A program made the position numbers and the translations under genes. A stretch of 64,000 bases of DNA from Rhodospirillales bacterium (GTDB lineage Bacteria > Pseudomonadota > Alphaproteobacteria > Bin95), in assembly GCA_038143065.1 (NCBI GenBank), contig JAYQLI010000035.1, forward strand, positions 2,528,894 through 2,592,893. Direction: 5' to 3'. Numbering within the stretch: the stretch's first letter is position 1; each line of letters opens with the position of its first letter. Shown piece by piece: positions 11,210-27,126 of this stretch. A model generated the notes under the pieces. That model had not been told where the DNA came from and ran no database searches. It saw only the letters and a program-made list of their open reading frames with translations.

Positions 11210-12816
11210 TCAGGCCGCGTCTTCAAGCACCATTTCAGCTGCCTTTTCTCCAATCATAATTGATGGAGCATTTGTATTCCCTGAGATCAGTGTTGGCATT
11301 ATTGAGGCATCAGCCACTCTCAGACCGTTCAATCCGCGTACTTGAAGACGTGGATTGAGCACCGCCATGGGATCATCATCACGGCCCATTTTGCAGGTGC
11401 CCACTGGATGATATGTGGTCTCGCCTGCAGCTCTTGCCCAAGCCTCGATTTCGGCATCAGTCTCTGCATTTGAACCAGGTGCGATTTCTTGCAAATCCAA
11501 ATCAGCCATAGCCGGTGCACGCATAATTGAGCGAGCCATCCGTATAGCCACTATGGTAAGCTCCACGTCAGGGGTGGCTGATAGAAAATTGAAGCGGATA
11601 GCTGGAGGCGTTGCTGTGCTAGGGCCTTTGATATGGACGCTGCCTTTGCTTTCCGGACGCATAACGTGGGCGTAGCAAGTAAAAAGCCTGCCTGTTTAGA
11701 GAGTTTGTAGCCAGGCTCGTATAACATGGGAACCCACCCTAGCAGGCAGTCAGGAGCATCTAGGTGAGGTGAAGATTTGACGAAGGCTCGGATTGGCGCA
11801 GCTGGTATTCCCATCATCCCCTTGCGCGTCAGGCCGTAGCGCAGTGCTTGCCATATAAGCCCTATACCACCTGCTTTATCATTATAGGTTACGCCACGCT
11901 TTCCAACCGCCCAACGCGTGCGTGGTGCATAGTGGTCACGTAGGTTTTCACCTACCCCGGCCAATTCATGCTGAACTTTAACCCCTGCGGACATAAGATT
12001 GTCTGGGCGACCAATACCAGAAACTTCTAAAATCTGGGGAGAGTTAAAGCTACCTGCCGATATGATAACTTCACGACCAGCACGAGCTTCCTTTGTTTCT
12101 CCATTTTGGCTGTAGGATACACCAAACTACCCGCTTTCCCTCCAATATTAGACGTTCTGTGAGGGCTGCCGTTTCTATACGAAGATTTTTGCGATTTTTA
12201 GCTGGCTCAAGATAGCAGGCGGCCGTACTCATACGTCTGCCATTTGAAATGGTCGCCTGGCTCATGGAAATTCCATGCTGGTCCAAGCCGTTGTAATCCT
12301 TTGGATTGGGTACCCCAACTTCGGCAGCTGCCCTTATAAGCCGATCGTAAAGTTCCCCTTTTCGTCCGGGTGCGTTACACGTATAGGCCCATCGTTGCCC
12401 TCGAAACTCGTCAGCGCCACCTTCGTAGTTCTCTAGTTTTTAAAAGCGGGTAGGACGTCTGCATAAGACCAGCCCCGGCAGCCCAATTGAGACCATTGAT
12501 CGTAATCGCGCGCTTGTCCTCGCACGAATACAAGTCCATTGATGGACGATGACCCCCCGAGAAGCTTCCCGCGTGGTGCCGGGAGCGCTCTGTTACCCGT
12601 GCCCTCTTCAGGTTCCGAAGAGTAAAGCCAATTAGCGACAGGGTTAGATATTAATTTTGCATAACCAATAGGAATTTGAGACCAAAAATTTTTTGCCGGT
12701 CCTGCCTCAAGTAAAAGCACCTGGTATCGACCGTGTTCTGAGAGTCGGGCTGCCAATGCTGCGCCTGCCGAACCTGCGCCAACGACAATGAAATCAAAAA
12801 TATCTTGGTCGGTCAT
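11210..12816 (-). CDS. GMC family oxidoreductase, paralog of 2961..4562, frameshifted
   Basis: Fragments 12433..12816, 12071..12286, 11551..11994 and 11210..11662 contain GAGSAG, GGSSSING, GENLRDHYAPR and YHPVGTCKMG. Confidence 0.87.
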
Positions 12817-12817
12817 T

Positions 12818-16713
<3,896 letters not shown>

Positions 16714-16831
16714 CGTCTAAACCTGAAAATTACATCGTAGATGCAACAGTACCCTGTTTGAGGGGCTCTTCAACTACCTGTTTGGTTATGCAAGCATGAT
16801 TGACCGTTGATGGTTTGATGGAGCCTGGCTT

Positions 16832-18363
16832 ATGGATGACAGTCGTATCCCCATTTTGGTTGGTGCAGGACAGGTAACTCAACGAGAGCCTGATCCGCTC
16901 AAGTCATTAAAGCCAATTGCTGCTGCAGCGAAGCAGGCGGCAGAGGATGCAGAAGTAGGACAATCACTCCTATCAACATTGGATACCATCGTTTTATTGC
17001 GATCGTTTTCGGATACGAGTTGGCGCTTTAAGTCGCCTTTTGGTGGACCGGTTAACCCTCCCAAGTCTTTAGCCGCTCGGCTAGACGCAAACCAGGCTTC
17101 AAGACTGGGATACACCCATGCGGTGGGAACATGCCTCAATGGTCCATAAATCGACTGTTTGAAATGGTCACAAGAGGAGAGGTTGAAGCAGCTTTAGTCG
17201 CGGGCGGGGAGGCGCTTGCCACACAAAAGGCTGCTCAACGTTTGTCACTTGATCTTGATTGGAATGAGGATGCTGGCGGCAAAGCTGAAGAATGGGGTGT
17301 GGCGAAGCGTGGTGGAGTGGGACGTAGAGGATAGGCACCGGATGGCAGGCGCTATTTATGCATATCCACTATATTTGAGAATGGTATTCGAGGGAATCGT
17401 GGTCGTTCTGTATCTGAGCACCTGAAGGAAATGGGAAAATTGTTTGAGGGGGTTTTCTGCGTTGTTGCTCAAAACCCACTTGCAGATCGTCGTGATCGTT
17501 TTACCGCAACAGAAATAGCAACCCCATCAGCCAAAAATCCCTTCATCGGTTTTCCTTACACCAAGTTGATGAATGCGAACGCATTTATTGATCAATCGGC
17601 GGCAGTGATTTTAACAAGTGTGGCAAAAGCGAAAGAGCTAGGCATTCCTCAAGGCCGGTGGGTTTACCTTCATGGGACAGCAGATGCGTACGATCACTGG
17701 CATATTAGTGACCGAGTTAATTTTTACTCGTCTCCTGCCATGCGCATCGTTTCTGAGGAAACATTTGAGATGGCAGGATTTGGGCAAGAAAAATTAGATT
17801 TTCTTGATCTTTACTCTTGTTTCCCATCTGCAGTGCAAATTGCTTGTGCAGAAATGGGTATTGCAGAGGATGACCCTAGAGGTCTCACTGTAACAGGTGG
17901 ACTTCCTTATTTTGGTGGACCTGGAAACAACTATGTCACGCACTCTATCGCTGAAATGATGGTAAAGGTCCGAAATTCCTCAGGCAGTTTTGGTATGGTA
18001 ACAGCCAACGGCAATTATGTGACAAAGCAATCTGCTGGGATTTACTCTACAACCCCGACAGAGAATAATTTTAACCCCAAGGACCCTCTTATTTATCAAT
18101 CTAAAATTGATGCTGAAAAAGGGCCTGAGACAACGGATAAGCCAGTCGGCAAAGCAACCGTGGAGACTTACACAGTAATGCATAACCGCGAGGGTCCGAG
18201 TTTTGCTATTTTATTTGGTCGTTTGGAGGATGGCCGACGCTTTATTGCGAACACTCCTGATGACCCAGGATTACTTGCGGATTTGGAAAAATCTGATGCC
18301 TTAGATCTTCACGGTCACGTAAACACTAATTCTGATGGAATTGCCATCTTTACTCCAGGATAA
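16832..18363 (+). CDS. Thiolase-like protein (acetyl-CoA acetyltransferase family, C-terminal OB-like extension), frameshifted
   Basis: RIPILVGAGQ, LYSCFPSAV, TGGLPYFGGPGNNY, ATVETYTV. Confidence 0.8.
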
Positions 18364-18414
18364 TTCCAATCCGTACTGAATTTTTGTCATTTATATCTTT
18401 ATCGGAGCCGTCAA

Positions 18415-19650
18415 ATGGACTTCGCCCATTCGCCTAAAGTCCAAGGGCTGGTTGATCAACTGGAAGCTTTCATAGATCGCGAGATTTTACCGCGTGCTCG
18501 GCCATGGCGTGAGGCAGCTTTGGAAGGTCAATATCCAGAATTTATTGCAGAAGTGCAGAACAAGGCGAAAGATGAAGGCTTATGGAATTTAGCGATCCCA
18601 AACCTTCCTGGTGATGCTCCTGGAGAGCGGTTGACCAACGCAGAATTTGCTCCGCTGGCGGAAATTATGGGCCGTTTCATGGGAGCACCCAAGGCGTTTA
18701 ATTGTCATGCTCCTGATGTTCCCAATATGATCATGCTAGCTGATGCTGTGACATCTTCTCAGCGTAGGCTATGGCTTGACCCGCTCTTGAACGGTGATGC
18801 CCAATCTGCTTTTGCGATGACGGAGCCCTCAGTTGCATCCTCAGACGCAACGAACATCCAAACAACAATCAAACAAGACGGTAATGACTTCATAGTATCT
18901 GGTCGAAAATGGTACATTTCAGGGGCAAAGGCAGCTTCTTTTCACTTGGTTATGGGTATTTCTGATCATGATGCAGCGCCAGACCGCAGACACAGCGTTA
19001 TTATTGTCCCTGCCGACAGCCCAGGAGTTCGTCTTGTTCGTCCAACGCCGTTTTTAGGGTTTTCTGAACCTGGTGCACCGGCTTGGGAAATCGCATTTGA
19101 AGATGTTCGGGTGCCAGTTGAAAATTTATTAGGTGAGAAAGGCGATGGCTTCCTTTTGGGACAGACTCGTCTTGGGCCTGCGCGTGTTCACCACTGCATG
19201 CGTGCTATTGGACACTGCGAAACTTTAATTGAGTTAATGCAGATGCGCGCAAGCGAACGAGCAGCTTTTGGAAAAAATATTTCTGAGTATGACTCAATCC
19301 AACATATGATTGCTCGCAGTCGTATCGAGATTGAGCAGGCACGCTTATTAACTTGGTCTTGCGCTTGGATGCTTGATCAGGAGGGGTTTAAGGCAGCTCG
19401 GCAGCAAGTTTCCATGATTAAAGTTGCTGTAGCGCACGCATATCAAAGCATTGCTGATCGCGCTTTGCAAATTTTTGGTGCAATGGGGGGATCTGATGAT
19501 ACTCCTATCCGCGATGCCTTCTCCTGGGCCAGAGCACTGCGTATATTTGACGGCCCAGACGAAGTTCATCTTAGACAAATATACCGCTTGGAGCCAAAGC
19601 CAAGCAAATCGCTTGCAGCTTCTCCACAAATTTTGAAGCCATCGGCTTAG
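18415..19650 (+). CDS. Acyl-CoA dehydrogenase (ACAD10/11-like)
   Basis: FAMTEPSVASSDATN, GRKWYISG, RLGPARVHHCMR, RIFDGPDEVH. Confidence 0.9.
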   Translation: MDFAHSPKVQGLVDQLEAFIDREILPRARPWREAALEGQYPEFIAEVQNKAKDEGLWNLAIPNLPGDAPGERLTNAEFAPLAEIMGRFMGAPKAFNCHAPDVPNMIMLADAVTSSQRRLWLDPLLNGDAQSAFAMTEPSVASSDATNIQTTIKQDGNDFIVSGRKWYISGAKAASFHLVMGISDHDAAPDRRHSVIIVPADSPGVRLVRPTPFLGFSEPGAPAWEIAFEDVRVPVENLLGEKGDGFLLGQTRLGPARVHHCMRAIGHCETLIELMQMRASERAAFGKNISEYDSIQHMIARSRIEIEQARLLTWSCAWMLDQEGFKAARQQVSMIKVAVAHAYQSIADRALQIFGAMGGSDDTPIRDAFSWARALRIFDGPDEVHLRQIYRLEPKPSKSLAASPQILKPSA

Positions 19651-19654
19651 GACG

Positions 19655-20872
19655 ATGCGCGGCTTTCTTTCTGCCTTTTCGGTTAAAAGTTTTCGCTTCC
19701 AATGGCCTGCTGATCTTCTGTCTTCATTCGCTCTGGAGATGGAAGTTTTGATCTTGAATTGGTTTGTATTGATTGAAACGAAATCGGTAACTGCCTTGGC
19801 GTTATTTGCTGGGCTTCAATACTTAGGATCTTTGATTGCTCCAGCGATGGGTGCGTTGGCAGATCGAATTGGACGTCGTCGAACCTTATCGACCCTTCGC
19901 GCGCTCTATACTGTTCTTGCGGTAATAATCATGACGCTAGATCTGTCTGGCCTCATGGAACCAATATTTATTTTCATTATTGCTGCGGTGGCTGGTTTGA
20001 TAAGGCCTTCCGATTTGGTTATGCGCAATGCACTAATCGGGGACACCATGCCTGCCAATAAACTGGCTAATGCCATGGGACTCTCACGTACCACTATGGA
20101 TACGGCCCGAATGACAGGTGCACTCGCGGGAGCTGGGCTATTAACCTCTTTAGGGCTTGGTGTTGCGTATGCCTTTGTGGCTGCAATGTATTTTACAAGC
20201 TTTATTTTAACCCTCCGGGTCGCGCACATCGAGACCGACGACACGCTGTCAACTCGGCCAAAGCCATTTCGTCAGGTAATCGATGGCCTCGCCTATGTGC
20301 GACGAACCCCAGCAGTACTTGCTCTTATGTGGCTCGCCTTTCTAGTGAATCTTACAGGTTTTCCTCTCGTTTCAAATAGTGGTCTACTCTCTTACGTTGC
20401 TCGCGAAGTCTATGGTCTCGACGCCACGGGGCTTTCACATCTTGCTGCAAGTTTTGGAGTTGGTTCGTTGGTTGCGTCCATTGTAATGGCTGCAACTGGA
20501 GGTGCTAGAAAACCAATACATTTGGTTTTTGGAGGTGCAGTTATTTGGCATGTCCTCCTGTTATTATTCGCATTTAGTTCGATAAAGGCAGAGGGTATGG
20601 CGTTGTTGTTCCTTGTGGGCGTAGCGCAGGGTGTAGCGATGATTTCTATGGCTGTCGCCTTACTGCGGCTGGCAGAGGCTAAATTTCGTGGCCGAGTGAT
20701 GGGTGTAAGGATGCTAGCGGTTTACGGATTGCCAATTGGCCTTGCTTTAGTTGGCCCAGCAACAGACTTGCTTGGGTTTCAAGGAGCTGCCCTTGCTGCG
20801 GCAGGGACTGGTTTAGTAACGATCTTTCTTATCGCAATCATCTGGCGAAAAGCTCTCTTTTTTGATTCTTGA
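19655..20872 (+). CDS. MFS transporter
   Basis: Motif A 'GALADRIGRRR'; 12-TM hydrophobic pattern. Confidence 0.88.
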   Translation: MRGFLSAFSVKSFRFQWPADLLSSFALEMEVLILNWFVLIETKSVTALALFAGLQYLGSLIAPAMGALADRIGRRRTLSTLRALYTVLAVIIMTLDLSGLMEPIFIFIIAAVAGLIRPSDLVMRNALIGDTMPANKLANAMGLSRTTMDTARMTGALAGAGLLTSLGLGVAYAFVAAMYFTSFILTLRVAHIETDDTLSTRPKPFRQVIDGLAYVRRTPAVLALMWLAFLVNLTGFPLVSNSGLLSYVAREVYGLDATGLSHLAASFGVGSLVASIVMAATGGARKPIHLVFGGAVIWHVLLLLFAFSSIKAEGMALLFLVGVAQGVAMISMAVALLRLAEAKFRGRVMGVRMLAVYGLPIGLALVGPATDLLGFQGAALAAAGTGLVTIFLIAIIWRKALFFDS

Positions 20873-20937
20873 TCTTGCCCAAAATTTGATGTCCCTATAG
20901 GCATACGCAAATTAATTTCACAAAAAGTAAGGCCGTT

Positions 20938-21575
20938 ATGAGAATTACTACTGAACTTCATGAGGGCTACAAAATTTTCGTGCTGGGCGATATAAGCAAG
21001 AAATAGAGCGTTATCTTTCACTAGCTGAAGGTCAGGCACCAAAAACGATGATCATCAGCTGTGCTGATAGTCGTGTTGATCCGGCCACTATCTTTGCCGC
21101 TGGTCCTGGAGAATTATTTGTCGTTCGCAATGTAGCAGCCCTAGTACCCCCATATGATGAAACCGGTGGCTTCCATGGAACATCTGCTGCGGTTCAGTTT
21201 GCGATAGAAAACTTAGGCGTCAAAAACCTTGTTGTAATGGGGCATAGTTTTTGCGGCGGCGTTCAGGCGGCATTGGCGATGGAAGCCGATCAGCCGGTTG
21301 GCCGATTTATTCGTCCTTGGGTTGGTCTTTTGGCTGAAGCTCGCGATGCCATGCTTAATGATCCTAATTCACCCGCAGATGAGAATGGTCGCTTGAATCT
21401 GCTAGAATGTCTTGCAGTAGGCGTTTCAATCCAAAATCTAAGCACATTCCCTTTTGTAAAGGATGCTTTGAATACAGGACAACTCACTATCCACGGGGCA
21501 AGATTTTCAATTGCCGTTGGTGAACTTCAATGGCGCAATCCAGAAACGGGGCATTTTGCACAGGTTCAGGTATAA
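20938..21575 (+). CDS. Beta-class carbonic anhydrase (5' frameshift)
   Basis: CADSRV and HSFCGG zinc ligands; GELFVVRNVA. Upstream ATG at 20938 gives MRITTELHEGY..., which joins through a 1-nt shift. Confidence 0.87.
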
Positions 21576-21579
21576 ACTA

Positions 21580-22816
21580 CTACTCGTATGACCTTGCGTC
21601 CTCAATAACCTTTCCGTCCGAAGGTAAAGAACCTGGGGTTAAGAGAGTAACTGGACCTGAAAGGTTGATGAACTTCGATACTGTTGCTTCGATTTTTTCA
21701 GCTAAGTTTGGGTCATGATTTTCTGTTTCGCATGCAACAGTGAACTGATCACGATGGTTTTCTGATATGACAGTTAAGCGAAGCTTAAGGATCTCTGGGT
21801 GAGCTGTGCGGACCTGTTCTAGTTGTGTGGGGCGCACAAACATGCCACGAATTTTTGTGGTCTGATCAGCGCGTCCCATCCATCCTTTGATCCTGGGTGC
21901 CGTTCGGCCGCAAGGGCTTTCCCCGGCATGATTGCTGACAGATCACCAGTCGCAAACCTAGTTAAGGGGTAGTCCTTATTCAGAAGAGTTACTAACACTT
22001 CGCCAACCTCCCCTTCGGTTACTGGTTCGCCAGAACCAGGGCGCACGATCTCAACAATTGCACCTTCATTGATCAGCATCCCCTCCATTGCAGGGCTCTC
22101 GTACGCGATTATGCCTAGATCGGCTGTTCCATAGTTTTGTAGAGGTGTGAAACCGAATTCGTCTGATATCAGTTGTCGAAGTGAGGGTGGTAAAGCACCT
22201 CCTCCTACAATTGCCTTTTTGAGTGAGGAAACATTGGCTCCCATCTCACGAGCGCGTTCCATTAAAATTTTTAAGAAGTCAGGAGTGCCGCAGAACACGT
22301 TTGCTTGAAAATGTGACATTGCTTCTACTTGAAGGTCTGTATTGCCGACCCCTGCGGGAAATACAGCAGCACCTAAAGAACGCGCGGCGCTGTCTAGTAG
22401 CCAGGCACCTGGAGTGAGATGATAGGAGAAACTGTTATGAACTATATCTCCTCTGCGAACTCCAGCTGCATGAAGTGCTCGGGCGCCTCGCCAGAAATCG
22501 TCGCCTTTGCCTTCGGGTTCACAGATTGGTCCTGGAGAACGAAAAACACGTAAGAGATCTCCCACAGGAGTAGCGTTCATTCCCCCGAAGGAGGTTTTTC
22601 AGACTGGGCGGCTACCAAATCACTTTTGTAGGTAACAGGTAATTTCGAGAGTGCTTCACGACTGTCGACAGAAACGGGGTCAATTTCTTTGAAAAGCTCT
22701 GCAAAGTATGGGGTTTGAGCTTTAGCAAAAGCGACGTGGTTGGGTAATGAAGCTAATAATTCTGCCTCTCGACATTCAGCCGACATTGTATCTCTTGAAT
22801 CAAAATATTCAGACAT
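21580..22816 (-). CDS. Phenylacetate-CoA ligase family AMP-binding protein, frameshifted
   Basis: SPGPICEP, FSYHLTPGA, YGTADLG, RFATGDLS, MGRADQTTKIRGMFV. Confidence 0.82.
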
Positions 22817-22880
22817 CTCAAGATCCCATTTCCATGCAACTATTCGTAGCAAATCACATTTGCGCTAAAAAATAGATACT

Positions 22881-23450
22881 TTAGTTTTCCTCACCATCGA
22901 TAATCGAAATCGACAGCCTGACCGCGAAGCCTGCTCTAGTGAGTGCGGCTATATCACGATCACGTCTTTCTGCTCGCGTCGCTTGATCCAAACGCCAAGG
23001 CCCTAAACGGCGTCGTTGTGCGTAGCGTTGAGCTGCTGCGAGCTCAGCGTCTTCATCAGACCTTGAATCGAATTCATCAAGAGCCTGTGATGCTAAATCC
23101 TTTTCGATTCCGCTCGCTGCTAGCTTCGCAAGAGTTTGTCGCTTCGATGCCCCCCTTCGCCGAAGAGCAGCGGCCTTGCCGGCAGCAAAAGCTGCATCAT
23201 CTATGATTTTCAACTGATCAAGCTGAAGCATGGCAGCGGATACTATTTGTTGGGCGGCCTCATTTTCGAGCCCTTTACGGCGTGCACGACGTTCAAGTGT
23301 CCTCTTGATGCGAGCCCTTGGACCACCATATCTATCAAGATAGGCTAAACCAGCACGAATATAGCCCATTAGCTCTCTATTGGGCTTCTCTTTTTCCTGC
23401 TTAAGAGTATTGTCGTTGACAACAGGGCTATCCATGCCTTTAAAGACCAT
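22881..23450 (-). CDS. recX: RecX family regulator
   Basis: Alphaproteobacterial RecX pattern: AYLDRY, IDDAAFA, RRGAS, RRRLGPWR, LTRAGF. Confidence 0.78.
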   Translation of the reverse strand: MVFKGMDSPVVNDNTLKQEKEKPNRELMGYIRAGLAYLDRYGGPRARIKRTLERRARRKGLENEAAQQIVSAAMLQLDQLKIIDDAAFAAGKAAALRRRGASKRQTLAKLAASGIEKDLASQALDEFDSRSDEDAELAAAQRYAQRRRLGPWRLDQATRAERRDRDIAALTRAGFAVRLSISIIDGEEN

Positions 23451-23499
23451 TTTTACCTGCGGGTTGCTCTAAGATCGGGGCCCCCGCGTAACCCAGGAG

Positions 23500-24682
23500 A
23501 TGACAGTGACAGACAGTGTCATGCCAACCTACGGCTTGCGCGATATCGCATTCGATAGGGGAGAGGGCGTTTATTTGATTGACACTGCTGGTCGACGTTT
23601 TTTGGATTGTGGTTCTGGTATCGCAGTCACGTCGGTCGGCCATGCTCACCCACATCTTGTGCAGGCTCTTAAAGCGCAAGCGGAGAAGGTTTGGCATACG
23701 TCGAACCTTTATGAGATCCCTGGGCAAAAACAAGCGGCCAAGCGACTAACCGATAACTCTTTTGCCGACTTGGTTTTCTTCTGTAACTCAGGTGCAGAAG
23801 CAAACGAAGCTATGATTAAGATAATACGTAAGGGAATGGCGGCAAAGGGTCATCCTGAAAAGCATCACATTATTACAATCGAAGGTGCTTTCCACGGACG
23901 CACTTTGGGCACCTTGGCGGCGGGCAACAACCCAAAGCATCTTGAAGGTTTTGGCCCTAAAGTGGAAGGATTTGACCACGTACCATTCGGTAACCTAAAT
24001 GCCCTGCGTGATGCGATTGGCCTCTCACTGCTGGTGTAATCATAGAGCCAGTTCAGGGCGAAGGTGGCATCAGGGCAATGGATATTGAGTACATAAAAGG
24101 CGTTCGCGCTGCATGTGATGAATTTGGCATTTTCATGGGGTCGACGAAGTGCAGTGCGGCATGGGCCGGACTGGTAAATTATTTGCCTATGATTGGTCTG
24201 GTGTAAATCCTGATGTAATGGCGCTGGCCAAGGGACTGGGTGGTGGCTTTCCAGTGGGTGCGTGTTTAGCGACGTCAGAGGTGGCAGCTGGTATGGTTGC
24301 AGGGACACATGGATCCACCTTCGGTGGCAATCCTTTAGCTGCAGCGGCAGTTAATGCTGTCCTGGATATTTTATTGGAAGACGGGTTCTTCGAAGAGGTG
24401 AAGCGGAAAGCAAAAATTTTCCGAGATGGTTTAGAGGCCCTGGCGCGGCGGCATCCAGAGGAAATTACCGAAGTTCGAGGCATGGGACTGATGCTAGGTG
24501 CGCGTGTAACGCGACCGAACGGCGAAGTCGTGGCGGCATGTAGGGATGAGGATTTGTTGACAGTACCTGCGGGAGATAACGTGGTTAGATTCCTTCCTCC
24601 GCTGATTATTACTGAAGATGAGATTTCAGAAGTGCTTGGAGCGTTTGATCGTGCTCTAACAGCTTCTGCTAAGGCGGCATGA
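23500..24682 (+). CDS. argD: Acetylornithine aminotransferase, frameshifted around 24030-24150
   Basis: [43 protein letters not shown]; directly upstream of argF. Confidence 0.9.
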
Positions 24683-25596
24683 TCGAGGTCCAAGAGGTTA
24701 AGCATTTTCTTGACCTCGCTGAATTCGATAAGGATATCCTATCTAAGATTTTGATATCTGGAGTCCAATCGAAGTTAGGCGAGGCAGACTTGTCGAGTAT
24801 TCTCACCGGCAAGACGGTGCTTATGATGTTTGAGAAGCCATCGACCCGAACTCGGGTATCGTTAGAGACCGCAGTTAAGCAAATGGGTGGTCAAACAGTC
24901 GTTTTGAACCCTGCAGATAGTCAGCTTGGACGAGGTGAGTCTGTTGCAGACACGGCCCGCGTGTTATCGCGGTATGTGGATGCCATTGCGTTACGTACCC
25001 ACGATCACGACAAAATTTTAGAATTAGCAAAATTTTCAAGTGTTCCTGTTGTTAATTTGCTATCAAATTGGTCTCATCCCACACAGTTGATTGCAGACTT
25101 GATAACTCTTTATGAGCGCTTTGGTGATCTCTCCTCGCTTAAAGTTGCCTGGTCTGGAGATGGAAATAATGTTCTCCATTCTTGGATGCATGCAGCAGCA
25201 AAGTTTGGGTTTGAACTTCAGATTGCCTGTCCAGAAGAACGTATGCCTGATGTCGCAGCAGTTAGTTGGGTACGCGAAAAGGGTGCGAATGTTTCAATAA
25301 CTAATGATCCAAAAGCGGCTGTGGCAGGGGCGGATGCTGTCGTGACTGATGTTTGGATTTCGATGGGGGATGAGCAACAAGGTGGAGCTCTCCGAGAGAT
25401 GCTCCAACCATATCGTGTTGATGAAAACCTAATGTCAAAGGCAAAGCCAACAGCAATTTTTATGCACTGTTTGCCCGCAAAGCGCGGACAAGAAGTTACG
25501 GACGCCGTTTTGGATGGCCAGCAGTCCGCAGCTTGGGATGAAGCGGAAAATCGTTTGCACGCAAATAAAGGTATACTTGCCTGGTGCTTAAGCTGA
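24679..25596 (+). CDS. argF: Ornithine carbamoyltransferase
   Basis: FEKPSTRTR, HPTQ, GDGNN, SMG, HCLP, AENRLH. Confidence 0.95.
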   Translation: MIEVQEVKHFLDLAEFDKDILSKILISGVQSKLGEADLSSILTGKTVLMMFEKPSTRTRVSLETAVKQMGGQTVVLNPADSQLGRGESVADTARVLSRYVDAIALRTHDHDKILELAKFSSVPVVNLLSNWSHPTQLIADLITLYERFGDLSSLKVAWSGDGNNVLHSWMHAAAKFGFELQIACPEERMPDVAAVSWVREKGANVSITNDPKAAVAGADAVVTDVWISMGDEQQGGALREMLQPYRVDENLMSKAKPTAIFMHCLPAKRGQEVTDAVLDGQQSAAWDEAENRLHANKGILAWCLS

Positions 25597-25600
25597 CTAA

Positions 25601-26566
25601 ATGATCGACCCTACATTAGAAAAACTGAGAGTATTCGGTAGTGATTATGTCTTGCCGTTTCAATTGGTTGAAAGTGGACTTCGTGGACGATTTGTTCGCT
25701 TAGATGATTCTGTAAGTAAGATCTTAGAGCAGCATAAATATCCTGAAGTTCCATCTTTACTTCTTGGTGAGGCGTTAGCTCTTACAGCGATATTGTCGGC
25801 AACGGTTAAGTTTGATGGGAAATTCACTCTTCAGGCTCAGTCCCAAAGTAAAGCAGCTATTCGAACTCTTGTTGCTGACGTGGATACCGACGGACACCTA
25901 AGAGGTTATGTCAGTTTTGATGCCGACGCGATTGCGGATTTAGACTCAAATGCCACGCTCGCTCGCATGTTTGGTGGAGGTTATCTGGCATTCACTGTCG
26001 AGCGAGGTGATGGTGAAGGGCGTTATCAGGGGATCGTGCCGCTAGAGGGTGAAACTCTAGCAGAGTCGGTACATCAGTATTTTAGGCAATCCGAGCAAAT
26101 TCCAACTGGCCTCCGATTAGCGTGTCAAAAAGGTTCAGACGGTCGCTGGTGCGCGGCGGGTCTTTTGGTTCAACGTGTGCCTGAAACTGGTGGAGAGCCA
26201 ATATCGGGTGACAATCATTTCCCAAGGACGGACCCAGAGAATTGGGATCAAGATGAAGGGTATGTGCGCGCTATTGCCTTGATGTCTACCCTAAAAAATA
26301 GTGAATTAACTGAAGATAATTTCTCGCCCGAGAAGCTGCTTTTTCAGCTTTTTCATGAAGATGGAGTGCGCATTTGGGAACCAACATCGATCACGGGTGA
26401 TTGTGCCTGCCCACCCAAGAAATTTCAGGAACTTCTTGCAGGTTTACCTCGCCAAGAGGTGGACGAGTGTAAAATAGATGGGGTCGTAAGTATTACCTGT
26501 GAATTTTGTGGGAAAACGGAGGTTTTTGATGATGCGGCCTTGGATAAAATTTTTAGCGCCAGTTAG
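25601..26566 (+). CDS. hslO: Hsp33 redox-regulated chaperone
   Basis: YQGIVPL, YFRQSEQIPT, CxC...CxxC zinc motif; conserved argD-argF-hslO order. Confidence 0.93.
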   Translation: MIDPTLEKLRVFGSDYVLPFQLVESGLRGRFVRLDDSVSKILEQHKYPEVPSLLLGEALALTAILSATVKFDGKFTLQAQSQSKAAIRTLVADVDTDGHLRGYVSFDADAIADLDSNATLARMFGGGYLAFTVERGDGEGRYQGIVPLEGETLAESVHQYFRQSEQIPTGLRLACQKGSDGRWCAAGLLVQRVPETGGEPISGDNHFPRTDPENWDQDEGYVRAIALMSTLKNSELTEDNFSPEKLLFQLFHEDGVRIWEPTSITGDCACPPKKFQELLAGLPRQEVDECKIDGVVSITCEFCGKTEVFDDAALDKIFSAS

Positions 26567-27122
26567 CCTCCTCCTACTTCTGGCATGTGGCCATCCCTTG
26601 TCGGGTGTGAAGTCTCAGCCAATAGACTTGCCGGTCTCTCCCTCTTGGCGGGCTGTTGCGGACAGATTGGAAGTAGTGGTACCTCGAGGTCTGCCGATAC
26701 CCGACCCAAAAATATCTTCTCTCATATTTGAGCAACCTTCAGAAACCCTTAATCGATGGGTTCGAGCTCGTATTGAAACTGATAAAAGTACAAGGGGCCT
26801 AATTGTTGCAACCATACAAAAGGCTGAGATGCAGGAACTTAGTTTGCCTCGTAAACAAGGGTTTAGTTCTATCTTTGAATCCAGTCCAAATACCAAGCTC
26901 TCTATTAATTTTTCTATTTCTTTGAAGGCATTTGACTCTGAGAACCAAGAAGCAGGTAGGGTAAATGTTGACGTCCGAGTTGCCTCTGAATTTGTTGATG
27001 ATGGAGGCGAAAAGACACGCTCTTACTGGATGCGATTACTTAGAAGTGCACTGGACAATTTAGATGCCGAACTTGCTCGTCAAATGCCAACAGGCTTTCC
27101 TGATTTTGAGAGGGTGAACTGA
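26529..27122 (+). CDS. Hypothetical lipoprotein
   Basis: Basic N-terminus, hydrophobic core and lipobox LLAC; operonic between hslO and uppP. Confidence 0.6.
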   Translation: MMRPWIKFLAPVSLLLLLACGHPLSGVKSQPIDLPVSPSWRAVADRLEVVVPRGLPIPDPKISSLIFEQPSETLNRWVRARIETDKSTRGLIVATIQKAEMQELSLPRKQGFSSIFESSPNTKLSINFSISLKAFDSENQEAGRVNVDVRVASEFVDDGGEKTRSYWMRLLRSALDNLDAELARQMPTGFPDFERVN

Positions 27123-27126
27123 CAAG

